From IMG/VR virus record IMGVR_UViG_3300009702_000022, positions 1-64,000 of that record: a stretch of DNA of 64,000 nt, one strand, 5' to 3'. How positions within the stretch are numbered: the first letter of the stretch is position 1; the number at the start of each line of letters is the position of its first letter. Positions 48,734 through 57,952 of the stretch are shown here, in pieces. The translations under genes and the position numbers were made by a program. The notes beneath the pieces were generated by a model. That model was given only the letters and a program-made list of their open reading frames with translations, did no database searches and was not told the origin of the DNA. The stretch comes from a virus (Duplodnaviria; Heunggongvirae; Uroviricota; Caudoviricetes).

Positions 48734-48960
48734 TGGACATAATTCTTAGATGTGATTACTGTGGCGATAGATTATCCCATACTTTGCAAATGGTAACAGG
48801 AGGAATTGTTATTGACATCGAGCCATGTAATCGATGCTTGCAAGATGAATATGATAGGGGGAATGAAGAAGGTCACGAAGAAGGCTATCAAGAAGGTTTT
48901 GAAGCCGGTGTAGAGAGAGGATTCGAATATGGCTACACAGAAGGAATGAATAAAACATGA
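48733..48960 (+). CDS. Zn-ribbon protein with a C-terminal EGY/EGF repeat tail
   Basis: CDYCGD...PCNRC plus EEGHEEGYQEGFEAGVERGFEYGYTEG. Paralog of 55630..55866. Confidence 0.45.
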   Translation: MDIILRCDYCGDRLSHTLQMVTGGIVIDIEPCNRCLQDEYDRGNEEGHEEGYQEGFEAGVERGFEYGYTEGMNKT

Positions 48961-49223
48961 AACGAAAGGCATTGATGCGCCACGGGGCGATAGTTGAGTG
49001 TGCGCAACACAAACGCAAGCGAGTTTGGAAAGTCTGCACATCTCAACCCAAAACAAAGTGTCCAATATGCTGGATGGTGTGGCTATCAGATAGACTTGAG
49101 TGCAACATTTATGAAGACGACTTCAATGATCTGATTCGCTTCTCGAATACTTTCACCTCGGTGGTGAAACCAAGCGGAATTGAGTTCGTCGAGACAGCAA
49201 AGGATGATGATGATTCGACCTAG
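48957..49223 (+). CDS. hypothetical Cys-containing protein (88 aa)
   Basis: Coupled ORF. Confidence 0.35.
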   Translation: MKRKALMRHGAIVECAQHKRKRVWKVCTSQPKTKCPICWMVWLSDRLECNIYEDDFNDLIRFSNTFTSVVKPSGIEFVETAKDDDDST

Positions 49224-49431
49224 TGTTGTTGACTTTATCGGAAATAGAATCCAGATCGGTGACACGGTAGCCTACCCTGTCCGTCGCCGATCTGAAATGG
49301 TTTTGAAGAGAGCTATCGTGCGGGCCATGCCCAACGATAATGGAATTGAATGTTTGAAAGAAGACGGCCAACGTGTCAACCTGCGGCACCCGGCACGTTG
49401 TATAGTTATCAGCAGGCTGGAGAAACTTTAG
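49180..49431 (+). CDS. hypothetical protein (start uncertain)
   Basis: Overlaps the previous ORF; plausible starts at 49180 or about 49204. Confidence 0.3.
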   Translation: MSSSRQQRMMMIRPSVVDFIGNRIQIGDTVAYPVRRRSEMVLKRAIVRAMPNDNGIECLKEDGQRVNLRHPARCIVISRLEKL

Positions 49432-49634
49432 TGCCCCAATATGATTATCAATGCGTCTGTGGGGAAACCATTTCCCGCATTTGTCCAATGGCTGAAAGGA
49501 AGGTTCGGGTAAAGTGTCCGGCCTGTGGAAAACTGGCGTCTCGATCATTTAAGAACTTCCCTGCCATTCATTGTCGGTACAGCTACATGGACAAAGTGAA
49601 CGGAAACCCACGAGTAACACGAGGAAAAGGCTAA
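49431..49634 (+). CDS. FmdB-family-like zinc-ribbon protein
   Basis: GTG start behind GGAGAAAC; YDYQCVCGE...CPACG matches the FmdB ribbon pattern. Confidence 0.4.
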   Translation: MPQYDYQCVCGETISRICPMAERKVRVKCPACGKLASRSFKNFPAIHCRYSYMDKVNGNPRVTRGKG

Positions 49635-49636
49635 AC

Positions 49637-52257
49637 ATGGGACCATTTGCGAAAACAATATTTGAGAGTAGGTATGCATATAACATTCCAATTTCAGGGC
49701 CACAAGGAGGTGGCGGTCGGGTAGGGGCCTCTCCCACTCGAAAAGAAACATGGCCAGAACTGTCAAACCGAGTGTCCAAGAATATCCTGGCATCTGTCGG
49801 TTTGGATATGAGAATGACACTGCCGAAGGAAACCCGATCGTTCATTGAGGGCTTCAAATTCATTCCTGCTGGCCGATATCTATATTCAGCCGGGCGCCCT
49901 TATCATCAGTGTTGCAACTGCTACAGCGGGGATACAAAAGCCGTCACAAGCAAAGGGGCTATCTGCCTCCGCGATCTTGTTGGTATCAAGCCCACGTTAA
50001 TGACTACCGGTGGTGAATGGAAAGAGTCCGAAGTTCACAGCTTTGGCGTTCAGAAACTATATGCTGTCACACTGAGCTTCGGAAAATCCAAGAAGGTAGT
50101 CTATGCCACAGCTAATCACTCTTGGCGAGTGGCCTCCACCTGTGGCAAACTTCGCCTGCATGGCAAAAAGAAAGTGGACACTGTTGATTTATCCGCTGGG
50201 GACACCCTTTGCCAAGTGTTTGGCTATGGTATCAGTAGAACATTCGTTTCGCCTCATGGCGCAGCACACGGGTTAGTGTTTGGCGACGGCACCGATGTCA
50301 AAGGTTCGAGTAGCCGAGTTAGGTTATGCGGAGAAAAGACAGAATTGAAAAAACTGTTCTCTCTGTTCCCACAATCAGCTATTTACTCTCCAGACATCTT
50401 GGTGTCCAACTTGCCTTGTCATTACAAACAACGGCCCTCGCTGGATCTAGATCGCAGCTATCTGCTAGGTTGGTTAGCTGGGTATTTTGCCGCCGATGGC
50501 TGCGTGTCGAAAGACGGCAATTGTACCCTAGCCTGTGCCAACAAAAGAACATTGGAGTTTGTCAAAGATGTGGCTTACATAGTCGGTATCGGGGTGAACC
50601 CTATTCGTGAAACAACTAATGTTTCCAATTTGACTGGCAAAGAGTGTACATTGTACTCCGTGTCCTTTAGGACTAGCACATTGACACGCGATTTCTTTCT
50701 ACGTGACAAGCACGCAAAAAGGTTCAAGGAATCTAAGCGAGAGACTTATTGGAAAGTAGTGTCAGTAGAAAAGACTGACAGAGAAGAGGAAGTATTCTGT
50801 GCCATTGTCCCTGAGACACATGAGTTTGTTTTGGAAGACAATATATTAGTTGGTAATTGTCTGCTCCTACGCGCACACGATAGCCGAGAAGGCTGGAGCG
50901 AGCTGGTCGGCAAGTCTTGCAAAGGTTTGATGACCGGTGCAGGCATTGGAGCGGTTTACAGTGACATTCGTCATGAAAATGCTCCCATACGAAAGACTGG
51001 GGGTATCGCCAGTGGTCCTCTTCCATTGATCCAGATTATCAATGAATGTGGTCGAGGAGTTATGCAAGGCGGAACCCGTCGCGCTGCTATCTGGGCTGGT
51101 CTCAGGTGGAACCATCCAGATATCCACAAATTCATCAAGGCGAAGAACTGGCCGGAAGAAATCATCAGGCTGAAGGAGAAAGATTTCAGCTTTCCGGCAC
51201 CTCTCGACCACACGAATATCAGTGTCGGCCTGGACGATGATTTCTTACTGCCTATCATGATCCAGATGATATTGAGCATCCCCTTGCGAACAGTGTTTAC
51301 TGGTCGGTGATTGAACAAATGCTTCGTACTGGTGACCCTGGATTCACTGTGGATGTTGGTAAGAACAGCGGGGAGAATCTTCGAAACGCGTGTGGAGAAG
51401 CAACTTCGCGCGAAACCGATGACATTTGTAATCTCGGTTCGCTAAACATGGGGCGCTTCAATGACATCGGGGACTTCGAGCATGCCGTTGAATGCGCTAC
51501 TGCCTTCTTGTTGGCTGGCAGCGTCTATACCGATGTCCCCTACACGGATGTGGACAAGGTGTTGACGAAGAACCGCCGACTGGGTTTGGGTCTCATGGGA
51601 ATCCATGAATGGCTGTTGAAGCGAGGGTATCGGTACGAGCCAAATGACGAATTGTGGCAATGGCTCAAAGTGTATGATAAAGGCAGCAATACCGCTGCCA
51701 AGAAGTATGCTGATGAATGGGGCTTAAAACGCCCTAAGAAAGTGAGGGCCATTGCCCCTAACGGAACCACCGGTATTGTGGCCGAGACGACAGGGGGCAT
51801 TGAGCCCATCTTTTGCGTCGCATACAAGCGCCGATACCTCAAAGGCACTAGCCATTTCTACCAGTATGTAGTTGATCCTGTGGCCAAGCGACTAATAGAG
51901 GAGGGTGTAGACCCATCTCTAATCGAAGACGCTTACACGCTGTCTCAGGACGTTGAGCGGCGTGTTAGTTTCCAAGCCTGGGTGCAGCAGGTAGTGGATC
52001 AGGCGATCAGTAGCACAATCAACCTTCCGAAGTGGGGAACTGAGTTCAACAATTCCAATTTGGTCAGACCTTTTGGTAATATGCTCATGAAATACCTCCC
52101 TAAACTAAGGGGGATTACATGCTATCCCGATGGTGGTCGAGGCGGGCAACCGCTGAATCCCGTATCGTATGCCGAGGCCGTTGGGCAAGAAGGCATCGAA
52201 TTGGTTGAAGAGCAGCAGGACATTTGTTCACTTCGTGGAGGGAACTGTGGTGACTGA
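49637..52257 (+). CDS. ribonucleotide reductase catalytic subunit, interrupted by an intein (49919-50857) and by a -1 frame break near 51238-51250 (possible assembly indel)
   Basis: FESRYA...ETWPELSNRV N-terminus; spliced NCLLLRAHD...AGIG resembles the SSCVLIE...AGIGIN region; NACGEA active site; RRLGLGLMG; AIAPNGTTGIVAETTGGIEP. Frame 2 then frame 1; the merge gives the expected ...ETGDPG.... Confidence 0.75.
49919..50857 (+). mobile_element. intein (313 aa) with a double-LAGLIDADG homing endonuclease, inserted before the conserved N-terminal Cys of the reductase
   Basis: Begins CYSGDTKAV; block B TANHSW; LAGLIDADG-like AHGLVFGDGT and LGWLAGYFAADGC; block F/G VFCAIVPETHEFVLEDNILVGN followed by extein Cys. 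In frame (939 nt). Confidence 0.7.
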
Positions 52258-52750
52258 TATTAAAGAATCGGATATTCCGATCAAAATGAAGACTGCCTAT
52301 CAGATAGCCCTCCTTTCCCCGGATAAGTCTACCCGTCTCGGGGCCCTTATTTGCCAAGACGGGTGGAATGTGGCCGCTGGGGTCAATTCTTTTGTGAAAG
52401 GGTTTGGATACAAGCCCCACCACCACGAACGCCCTTTCAAATACTGGGTGACGGAGCATGCAGAACGGAGGGCTATCTTCTCGGCTTTTCGAAGTGGGTT
52501 TGATATAAAAGGCCTGACCCTTATCTGCCCGTGGGTGTGTTGTCCAGACTGTGCGCGTGCCATTGTTCTCAGCGGCTTGAAACACGTTGTGTGCCATGAG
52601 GAGTGCATGCAACGAACTCCTGAACGCTGGAAAGAGATGATAGACACTGGGTTGAGTATCCTGGAGCACGGAGGTGTGGAGTTAGTTCGATGGAGCGGAA
52701 AGGTGGGAGATGTACAGAACCTTAACAATGGAGAGATATGGTATCCATGA
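52250..52750 (+). CDS. dCMP deaminase
   Basis: HAERRAI and PCPDCARAI zinc-binding motifs. GTG 52250 behind GGAGGG (alternative ATG 52286). Confidence 0.7.
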   Translation: MTDIKESDIPIKMKTAYQIALLSPDKSTRLGALICQDGWNVAAGVNSFVKGFGYKPHHHERPFKYWVTEHAERRAIFSAFRSGFDIKGLTLICPWVCCPDCARAIVLSGLKHVVCHEECMQRTPERWKEMIDTGLSILEHGGVELVRWSGKVGDVQNLNNGEIWYP

Positions 52751-53406
52751 TTACTGTAGTGAAACCGCATTGGGCATGGATGAAATTGTCAGATACAAAA
52801 ATGGAATGGATCACCCAGCATCTGGAGGAGTGCGGGCGAGTGTGTTACAGATCTGAGGACCGCATTACCCCAGATTCGGCCGACAAATTCGTGCGGAAAA
52901 TCTGTCGTAACAATCATGTGTCAGTGTTAGAGCATGAGGTTCTGTCCGCTCGCATCATATGCAGCCGCGCCGCCTCACACCAACTTGTACGCCATCGGAT
53001 CGCTGCTTACTCCCAGTCATCACAAAGATATGTCAACTATGGAAAGAAAGGCATGCAGGTTATCTGCCCGCCGTCTATCGGTATCCCCCCTGGGGAGTAC
53101 CCACTATGGAAATATTCAGAGCAACTATCCGTTGGACAGAACGTATGGCTCGACACGGTATTCAAATGCTATGAAGAGTACCTACGCGAGTTGGAACAAG
53201 GGGTAAAGCCCGAGGATGCTCGCTTCGTCTTGCCCAATGCTTGCAAGACTGAAGTAGTTGCCACATATAACATACGTATGTGGCGGCACGTTATTAAAGA
53301 AAGGGGAATGAATAAGCATGCACAGTGGGAGATCCGTGGGATCTTCAATGACATTTACGAAAACCTAAAGTGGCGTCTCCCTGCCATTTTCGAGGACCTG
53401 GAATGA
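52738..53406 (+). CDS. thyX: flavin-dependent thymidylate synthase ThyX
   Basis: ThyX signature RHRIAAYSQSSQRY (RHRx7-8SxR). Confidence 0.8.
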   Translation: MVSMITVVKPHWAWMKLSDTKMEWITQHLEECGRVCYRSEDRITPDSADKFVRKICRNNHVSVLEHEVLSARIICSRAASHQLVRHRIAAYSQSSQRYVNYGKKGMQVICPPSIGIPPGEYPLWKYSEQLSVGQNVWLDTVFKCYEEYLRELEQGVKPEDARFVLPNACKTEVVATYNIRMWRHVIKERGMNKHAQWEIRGIFNDIYENLKWRLPAIFEDLE

Positions 53407-53509
53407 ACAAACTATTGACTATCGTTTTGGCCTGTGTCGGGGTTGTTGGGCTGGCCGTGGCAACCATTTATTTCCTAGTTGAACTTTTCTTTGAGGCACT
53501 AGCATTATG
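53403..53509 (+). CDS. 35-aa single-TM membrane peptide (not in the ORF track)
   Basis: MNKLLTIVLACVGVVGLAVATIYFLVELFFEALAL, ATGA-coupled at both ends. Confidence 0.35.
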
Positions 53510-53974
53510 AAGTGGTTAAAAAAGATCAGAGTGTTCAAGCGACTCCGTGAGCAAGAGGAGTTGATTCGCGAATTGAAAGCGCCTTTGTTCTCCATCAGGG
53601 GAAATGAACTAAAGGTCTGGGAAGGGAGTTTACCAACATTTGAAAAAATAAATCTTCTTGAAAAGATAAAGTTCGCTGAAGAGCTAATTGAAAAGGGGAC
53701 AGGTCTGAGTGATTTACTATTGACTTTAGTCACCAGCAAAGGCATCTTCCGCAAAATGCTCTATTATCATGGCGATCAGAAAATTGATGTGTTCGAAGAC
53801 AGCCTCACTGCCCGCGTAGAATGGCCACCAATCGAAGTGGGCAATGAAGCAGTCATCCACAGAGGAATAATCAGTTTTCGTGGCAAGTTAATGAAAGAGA
53901 TCCCTGAATTCGTTAACATGAGCGTTCGTCGTGGCGACACACTGAAAGTCAAATACACCTTCAGGACACCTTGA
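53507..53974 (+). CDS. hypothetical protein (155 aa)
   Basis: Coupled ORF. Confidence 0.4.
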   Translation: MKWLKKIRVFKRLREQEELIRELKAPLFSIRGNELKVWEGSLPTFEKINLLEKIKFAEELIEKGTGLSDLLLTLVTSKGIFRKMLYYHGDQKIDVFEDSLTARVEWPPIEVGNEAVIHRGIISFRGKLMKEIPEFVNMSVRRGDTLKVKYTFRTP

Positions 53975-53977
53975 ACA

Positions 53978-54187
53978 ATGATTTATTACAAAAAACTTCT
54001 GATTGACGCTATCAAACCACCAAGAGATACATATCTGTGTGACAAGTTGACAAAGGAAGGATACATGCAGTTCACAGGTAACCAGTACAACCTTGCGTGG
54101 ACTTGGTTCAGGTCGGAGCTGGAAAAGTTTGACAAAGAAGCCCTGGAACGTATCTATCTCGGAGACGTGGAGTGGCTGATAAACTGA
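53978..54187 (+). CDS. small hypothetical protein (69 aa)
   Basis: ORF. Confidence 0.35.
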   Translation: MIYYKKLLIDAIKPPRDTYLCDKLTKEGYMQFTGNQYNLAWTWFRSELEKFDKEALERIYLGDVEWLIN

Positions 54188-54336
54188 CGATCATTGGGCC
54201 TGTGGTGTGTGGTTGCATCTATGCAATTACCGCCCTGGCGTTTGGTTTCGAGAAGCGCCCATCGTGGGCGCTTATTTACATCGCCTATGCCATTGCCAAT
54301 ATTGGTGCGGTGTGGGCCAGCATTGCGGAGAAGTAA
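54172..54336 (+). CDS. 54-aa two-TM membrane peptide (not in the ORF track)
   Basis: GTG 54172 behind GGAG; ...IIGPVVCGCIYAITALAFGF...ALIYIAYAIANIGAVWASIAEK; TAATG coupling to the next gene. Confidence 0.3.
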   Translation: MADKLTIIGPVVCGCIYAITALAFGFEKRPSWALIYIAYAIANIGAVWASIAEK

Positions 54337-54626
54337 TGAAAGAAATAACTGTAGTTAAGATTCACCCTGAAGGTGATGGGGTCGTGGGGCTGTACATAGA
54401 TGGCGAGTTGTATTACAATGGAGACGAATACCATGATAATATCAGAACTTGGGTTCTGGGATTTCTCGACGGCTTGGATTACGCTAAGATGTATTACAAA
54501 TCTTCGACACTATACGTGACGGAAGAGACTTGCCCGGATGAAATGGAGATGGCCAAGTTAGTATTCAACATCCCGGATAGATTGAGCAAATACCCTGAAG
54601 GGAAGCTGACGTTTATCTACAAATGA
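54336..54626 (+). CDS. hypothetical protein (96 aa)
   Basis: Start at ATG 54336 (TAATG). Confidence 0.4.
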   Translation: MKEITVVKIHPEGDGVVGLYIDGELYYNGDEYHDNIRTWVLGFLDGLDYAKMYYKSSTLYVTEETCPDEMEMAKLVFNIPDRLSKYPEGKLTFIYK

Positions 54627-54850
54627 GAAATATCAGATTCAAATACGACAAGTATACATCTGGCACAAGAGTGTCATTCATCCTGGAAGACGGAGCAATG
54701 TCATTGGACATTGGTCCATGGCGTATGAGAAATGGACATCGACCAAATAGTCCAAGACATTGTATGGAATATCCGGCTGATGTCCATAATTTGTCAGTTC
54801 TCAAAGCCATTGTGGAGGCATTGCTTAAACAAGAAAAGGATCGATTATGA
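54623..54850 (+). CDS. small hypothetical protein (75 aa)
   Basis: Coupled ORF. Confidence 0.35.
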   Translation: MRNIRFKYDKYTSGTRVSFILEDGAMSLDIGPWRMRNGHRPNSPRHCMEYPADVHNLSVLKAIVEALLKQEKDRL

Positions 54851-55050
54851 GCGAATCACTCTATGGCTATCTTGTATTCCATATCGAGAGCGAAAACACC
54901 CCTGATCAGATGGTATACTTCCATCCACGTAAGTATCGCGCGCACTGGTGGATGAAAGAAAAGAACCCGGATGCCTTCTATCTCGTGCGTTGTCACGGAG
55001 AAGAATTCACCAGGGTTCCTTGGGCCTTCGATACTACGTGGGGATGTTAA
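54847..55050 (+). CDS. small hypothetical protein (67 aa)
   Basis: Coupled ORF. Confidence 0.35.
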   Translation: MSESLYGYLVFHIESENTPDQMVYFHPRKYRAHWWMKEKNPDAFYLVRCHGEEFTRVPWAFDTTWGC

Positions 55051-55247
55051 TGAGCAACACTAGAAAGATCGATGCTGAGTGGCTTGAGACGACGTGCTCG
55101 AAATGCGGGCACGTCTACCTTTGGCACCGGGACGAACGCAATGTTTGTACCCGGTGCGGGGCGGACTACGGGCGCTTGATCCTGGATATTGGTGCTTACT
55201 TCCAGGAGATCAGGCGTCGGATCGCTCGTGATCATCTTGGCAACTAA
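55044..55247 (+). CDS. Zn-ribbon protein (CSKCG...CTRCG)
   Basis: Two CxxC pairs; start at ATG 55044/55050. Confidence 0.35.
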   Translation: MLMSNTRKIDAEWLETTCSKCGHVYLWHRDERNVCTRCGADYGRLILDIGAYFQEIRRRIARDHLGN

Positions 55248-55269
55248 CAAGAAACTCCTTCCAATTGGG

Positions 55270-55506
55270 CTAATCCGCTTCTGGCCCCGTCTGGTGGATC
55301 AGGTCGAAGTAATCTTGTCTCCAGGCAACTACCTCAGAAGGCATATACCCGTTCTCAGCCCCTGAGAGTCCTTCTCGGACACGTATGAGAAAGCACTTCT
55401 CTGGAGTCAAGGGAGAGGCAGAAAGCCATACATGGGCTGCGTACATAGTGCTATGGGCAGCTAAGAATTCATCACTTAGGCCTTCCGGCATAGTAATGTA
55501 AATCAT
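55270..55506 (-). CDS. hypothetical protein (78 aa)
   Basis: Last gene of the minus-strand block. Confidence 0.35.
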   Translation of the reverse strand: MIYITMPEGLSDEFLAAHSTMYAAHVWLSASPLTPEKCFLIRVREGLSGAENGYMPSEVVAWRQDYFDLIHQTGPEAD

Positions 55507-55643
55507 TATTCGTCCTCTTGTGAAAGTTGTTCAGCGTGACAGTAGTCACACACAACGACTCCATCAACCACATTCTCGTTACCGGGAACGCCGCCTTTGG
55601 CACCCTGGCAGATCTGGCAAGTGTCTTTGTCATTCTCTTTCAT
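55506..55643 (-). CDS. 45-aa Zn-ribbon peptide (CQICQG...CDYCH), not in the ORF track
   Basis: Translated by hand: MKENDKDTCQICQGAKGGVPGNENVVDGVVVCDYCHAEQLSQEDE; TAATG coupling. Confidence 0.3.
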   Translation of the reverse strand: MKENDKDTCQICQGAKGGVPGNENVVDGVVVCDYCHAEQLSQEDE

Positions 55644-55866
55644 CTGCTACTCCAGCCTTATAACCTTTGTCATACCCTACATCATAACCATCCGAATATC
55701 CTTCGCTTAGACCTGCATCTTTTGTATTATCCAAACAGTTTTCACAAGGGGCAACGGTTACTTTTATGACACCGAGATTGCTCCACTCGATAAAAACATT
55801 AAGCTGATCGCCGCATGATTTGCAGTATGCCTCTACTTCAATAACTTCTGTGTCATTCATCTTCAA
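55630..55866 (-). CDS. Zn-ribbon protein with a C-terminal (D/E)GY repeat tail, paralog of 48733..48960
   Basis: CKSCGD...PCENC plus SEGYSDGYDVGYDKGYKAG. Confidence 0.45.
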   Translation of the reverse strand: MKMNDTEVIEVEAYCKSCGDQLNVFIEWSNLGVIKVTVAPCENCLDNTKDAGLSEGYSDGYDVGYDKGYKAGVADERE

Positions 55867-56023
55867 CCCCTATTACGAAGCCACACTTTTTACAATAGCC
55901 CCTTGTGCATGGCTTCTTGCACTTGGGACATGTGTAGGTGATGTGCTTTCCAGACCCTTTACAGATGGGGCAGATGCCCCGTGCATTCTGTCCGGATCCT
56001 TCGCACGCTTTGCATTTAGTCAT
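55853..56023 (-). CDS. DnaJ-type (CxxCxGxG) zinc-finger mini-protein (56 aa)
   Basis: MTKCKACEGSGQNARGICPICKGSGKHITYTCPKCKKPCTRGYCKKCG. Start trimmed to the internal Met coupled to the upstream stop. Confidence 0.4.
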   Translation of the reverse strand: MTKCKACEGSGQNARGICPICKGSGKHITYTCPKCKKPCTRGYCKKCGFVIGVEDE

Positions 56024-56261
56024 CGATGAAATACAATTCAACGTCATCTTCGAGACGCCCTTCATAGTATTGGAAGCCGTGTTCTCGGCACCAGTCATAA
56101 GCGTGACGGGCTTCTGCTTCAAAATAAAAGATCTCGCCCTCTTCTCCTGTTGCTTGTAGCCATATTTCATCATGGCCATCTTCGGCAATTGCTGTGTGGA
56201 GCACGTTAGTTGCTCCAGCAACTCCATATACCTGCACTCCGATAGGGATTGTTCGATTCAT
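56016..56261 (-). CDS. hypothetical acidic protein (81 aa)
   Basis: Start at MNRTIPIG behind GGGGAGGAAA. Confidence 0.4.
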   Translation of the reverse strand: MNRTIPIGVQVYGVAGATNVLHTAIAEDGHDEIWLQATGEEGEIFYFEAEARHAYDWCREHGFQYYEGRLEDDVELYFIDD

Positions 56262-56343
56262 AGTTTCCTCCCCATAGGCGCGAGTAGAAGTATGATTCCG
56301 AGCACTGACGCAAGCATGTAGACCGTTATAAACGTGGCCATAT

Positions 56344-56562
56344 TCAATACCTTTCTTTTCTCGCTTCATCCCGCTCTTGGCGGGTGCATTCCAAATCGAA
56401 CACAAGGGTTTTGATTTCGAGTCGGAGCTGTCCTACTACATCTTTGATAGTATTAAGGACACTCCTTAACCTCGCATCCCTTTCTTCCAACATTACTGCC
56501 GCTGCCCGAACAGCCGGGTCATTATGTTGATGCAGCAGATTCATTACTTGTTTGTGTGTCAT
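56344..56562 (-). CDS. small helical hypothetical protein (72 aa)
   Basis: First ORF downstream of P8. Confidence 0.4.
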   Translation of the reverse strand: MTHKQVMNLLHQHNDPAVRAAAVMLEERDARLRSVLNTIKDVVGQLRLEIKTLVFDLECTRQERDEARKERY

Positions 56563-56573
56563 GTCTTGTCCTC

Positions 56574-56612
56574 CTTCTACTTAAATCATACCACACTTTT
56601 CTTCAGTGTCAA
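56574..56612 (-). promoter_or_regulatory. conserved promoter P8 on the minus strand (TTGACA-16-TGgTATGAT, then TTAAGTAGAAGG)
   Basis: The reverse complement of 56574-56612 shows the motif. Confidence 0.55.
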
Positions 56613-56617
56613 ATAGA

Positions 56618-56857
56618 TTATTCTACCCCTAGAAGTTCTGCACGGTATTCTGGATTGTACACGAGATGTATTTTGAATGTGTAGATAGGCGCACCTTCCT
56701 CAAGTCTCTTCGCACGCAAAGGGACAGGGAAATGAGAAGGGGCGTAGCCAAAATGTTTTGTTGCCTTTTCGGCTGCCATGATAGCGCTGAACGCTTCCAC
56801 GGTAATAGCATCGTTAATCACTGTTGTTTCGTCGGGTTCCCATACTAGATATTTCAA
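56618..56857 (-). CDS. hypothetical protein (79 aa)
   Basis: ORF. Confidence 0.35.
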   Translation of the reverse strand: MKYLVWEPDETTVINDAITVEAFSAIMAAEKATKHFGYAPSHFPVPLRAKRLEEGAPIYTFKIHLVYNPEYRAELLGVE

Positions 56858-57204
56858 GATGCATCTCCATTCATGAATTCATTGAGGTTAATGTTAAGAC
56901 TAATCAACGACTTTACTGGGTTACTTGAAAATCCAACCAAATGAAATGGTTTAGAAGTAGCGAACTCAACACCCTTAATCTCATATGCTCCACTTCTAGA
57001 GTCAAGCTCAATTAGGTCCAAGAGAATAACCTTGGGAACAATTTCAACAATGATTTTAGAACAATCATCGATTACCTTCTTGACTGATGGAGACAGCCAC
57101 AACATCATGTGGTCTACTTTGATTGGGATACCAAATTTGTCCCTTAACCCCCTGGCTGGCAGTTCCTGCCCACATTTTTCACATTTACTCATTTGCAATT
57201 CCAA
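56854..57204 (-). CDS. hypothetical protein (116 aa) with a CEKCGQ motif
   Basis: Coupled ORF. Confidence 0.4.
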   Translation of the reverse strand: MELQMSKCEKCGQELPARGLRDKFGIPIKVDHMMLWLSPSVKKVIDDCSKIIVEIVPKVILLDLIELDSRSGAYEIKGVEFATSKPFHLVGFSSNPVKSLISLNINLNEFMNGDAS

Positions 57205-57356
57205 TCAATCAAAGTGTCGAAGGCTTCTTCGACGAATTCACAAATCTCCTCGTCCGAAACGTCCGGAGCGGCTGATCGAAGCAATCCCAGGCCAGCACCA
57301 CATTGGAACCGGCTGAAAATCTCCAGGAGAATGGCTTCACGTTGTTCTTGTGTCAT
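57189..57356 (-). CDS. 55-aa acidic peptide (not in the ORF track)
   Basis: ATGA-coupled to the HNH gene upstream and overlapping the next start. Confidence 0.25.
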   Translation of the reverse strand: MTQEQREAILLEIFSRFQCGAGLGLLRSAAPDVSDEEICEFVEEAFDTLIDWNCK

Positions 57357-57952
57357 TTGCACTCTCTTTCTGCTTTTTTTCTTACATCTAAAGCTTCTTC
57401 AAATGTGTCAAACTGACCGAGATAATTATTCTTGAACTTTACCATCCATTTCCCTGTTTTCCGTTTGAATATTCCTGGGTGTCCACTGATGTTATCTGAT
57501 CGTTTCCTTCTGATCTTTCTGTTAAGAATCTCCCCTGTTTCAAAATATCTGTCTCTTGCTTTCTGTGCTTCTTCCTTTGTGTCAAAATAACCTAAGTGTT
57601 TATTACTGGCTTTTGCCACCCACCCAGTTTTTAACTTTCTCACACCTGGGTGATTCGTTTTGAACTCTCGGTTATACATGCTCTCCGACTTTGTAGCCCA
57701 TCTACAATTAGATGGCTTATAATCACCATCATTATCTATCCTGTCTAAAACAAGATTTTTATCAAATCCGTTTGATTCTGCCCACAATCTGAAAGGTTCA
57801 AACTTTTGCCACTCTTGACAAACCTTTATCCCTCTTCCTCCATATCTGTGAAACCAATTGTTTGTTTTACAGTGGCAACGGGTTTTCATATCTGCCCATC
57901 GTTGGTACAGTGAAGTATTAGATACCCACTTGATGCCGCTTATGCCAGCCAT
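57353..57952 (-). CDS. free-standing HNH homing endonuclease with two AP2-type DNA-binding domains
   Basis: YGGRGIKVCQEW; DRIDNDGDYKPSNCRWATKSES (HNH); GWVAKASNKHLGYFDTKEEAQKARDRY and GKWMVKFKNNYLGQFDTFEEAL (AP2). Confidence 0.75.
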   Translation of the reverse strand: MAGISGIKWVSNTSLYQRWADMKTRCHCKTNNWFHRYGGRGIKVCQEWQKFEPFRLWAESNGFDKNLVLDRIDNDGDYKPSNCRWATKSESMYNREFKTNHPGVRKLKTGWVAKASNKHLGYFDTKEEAQKARDRYFETGEILNRKIRRKRSDNISGHPGIFKRKTGKWMVKFKNNYLGQFDTFEEALDVRKKAERECK

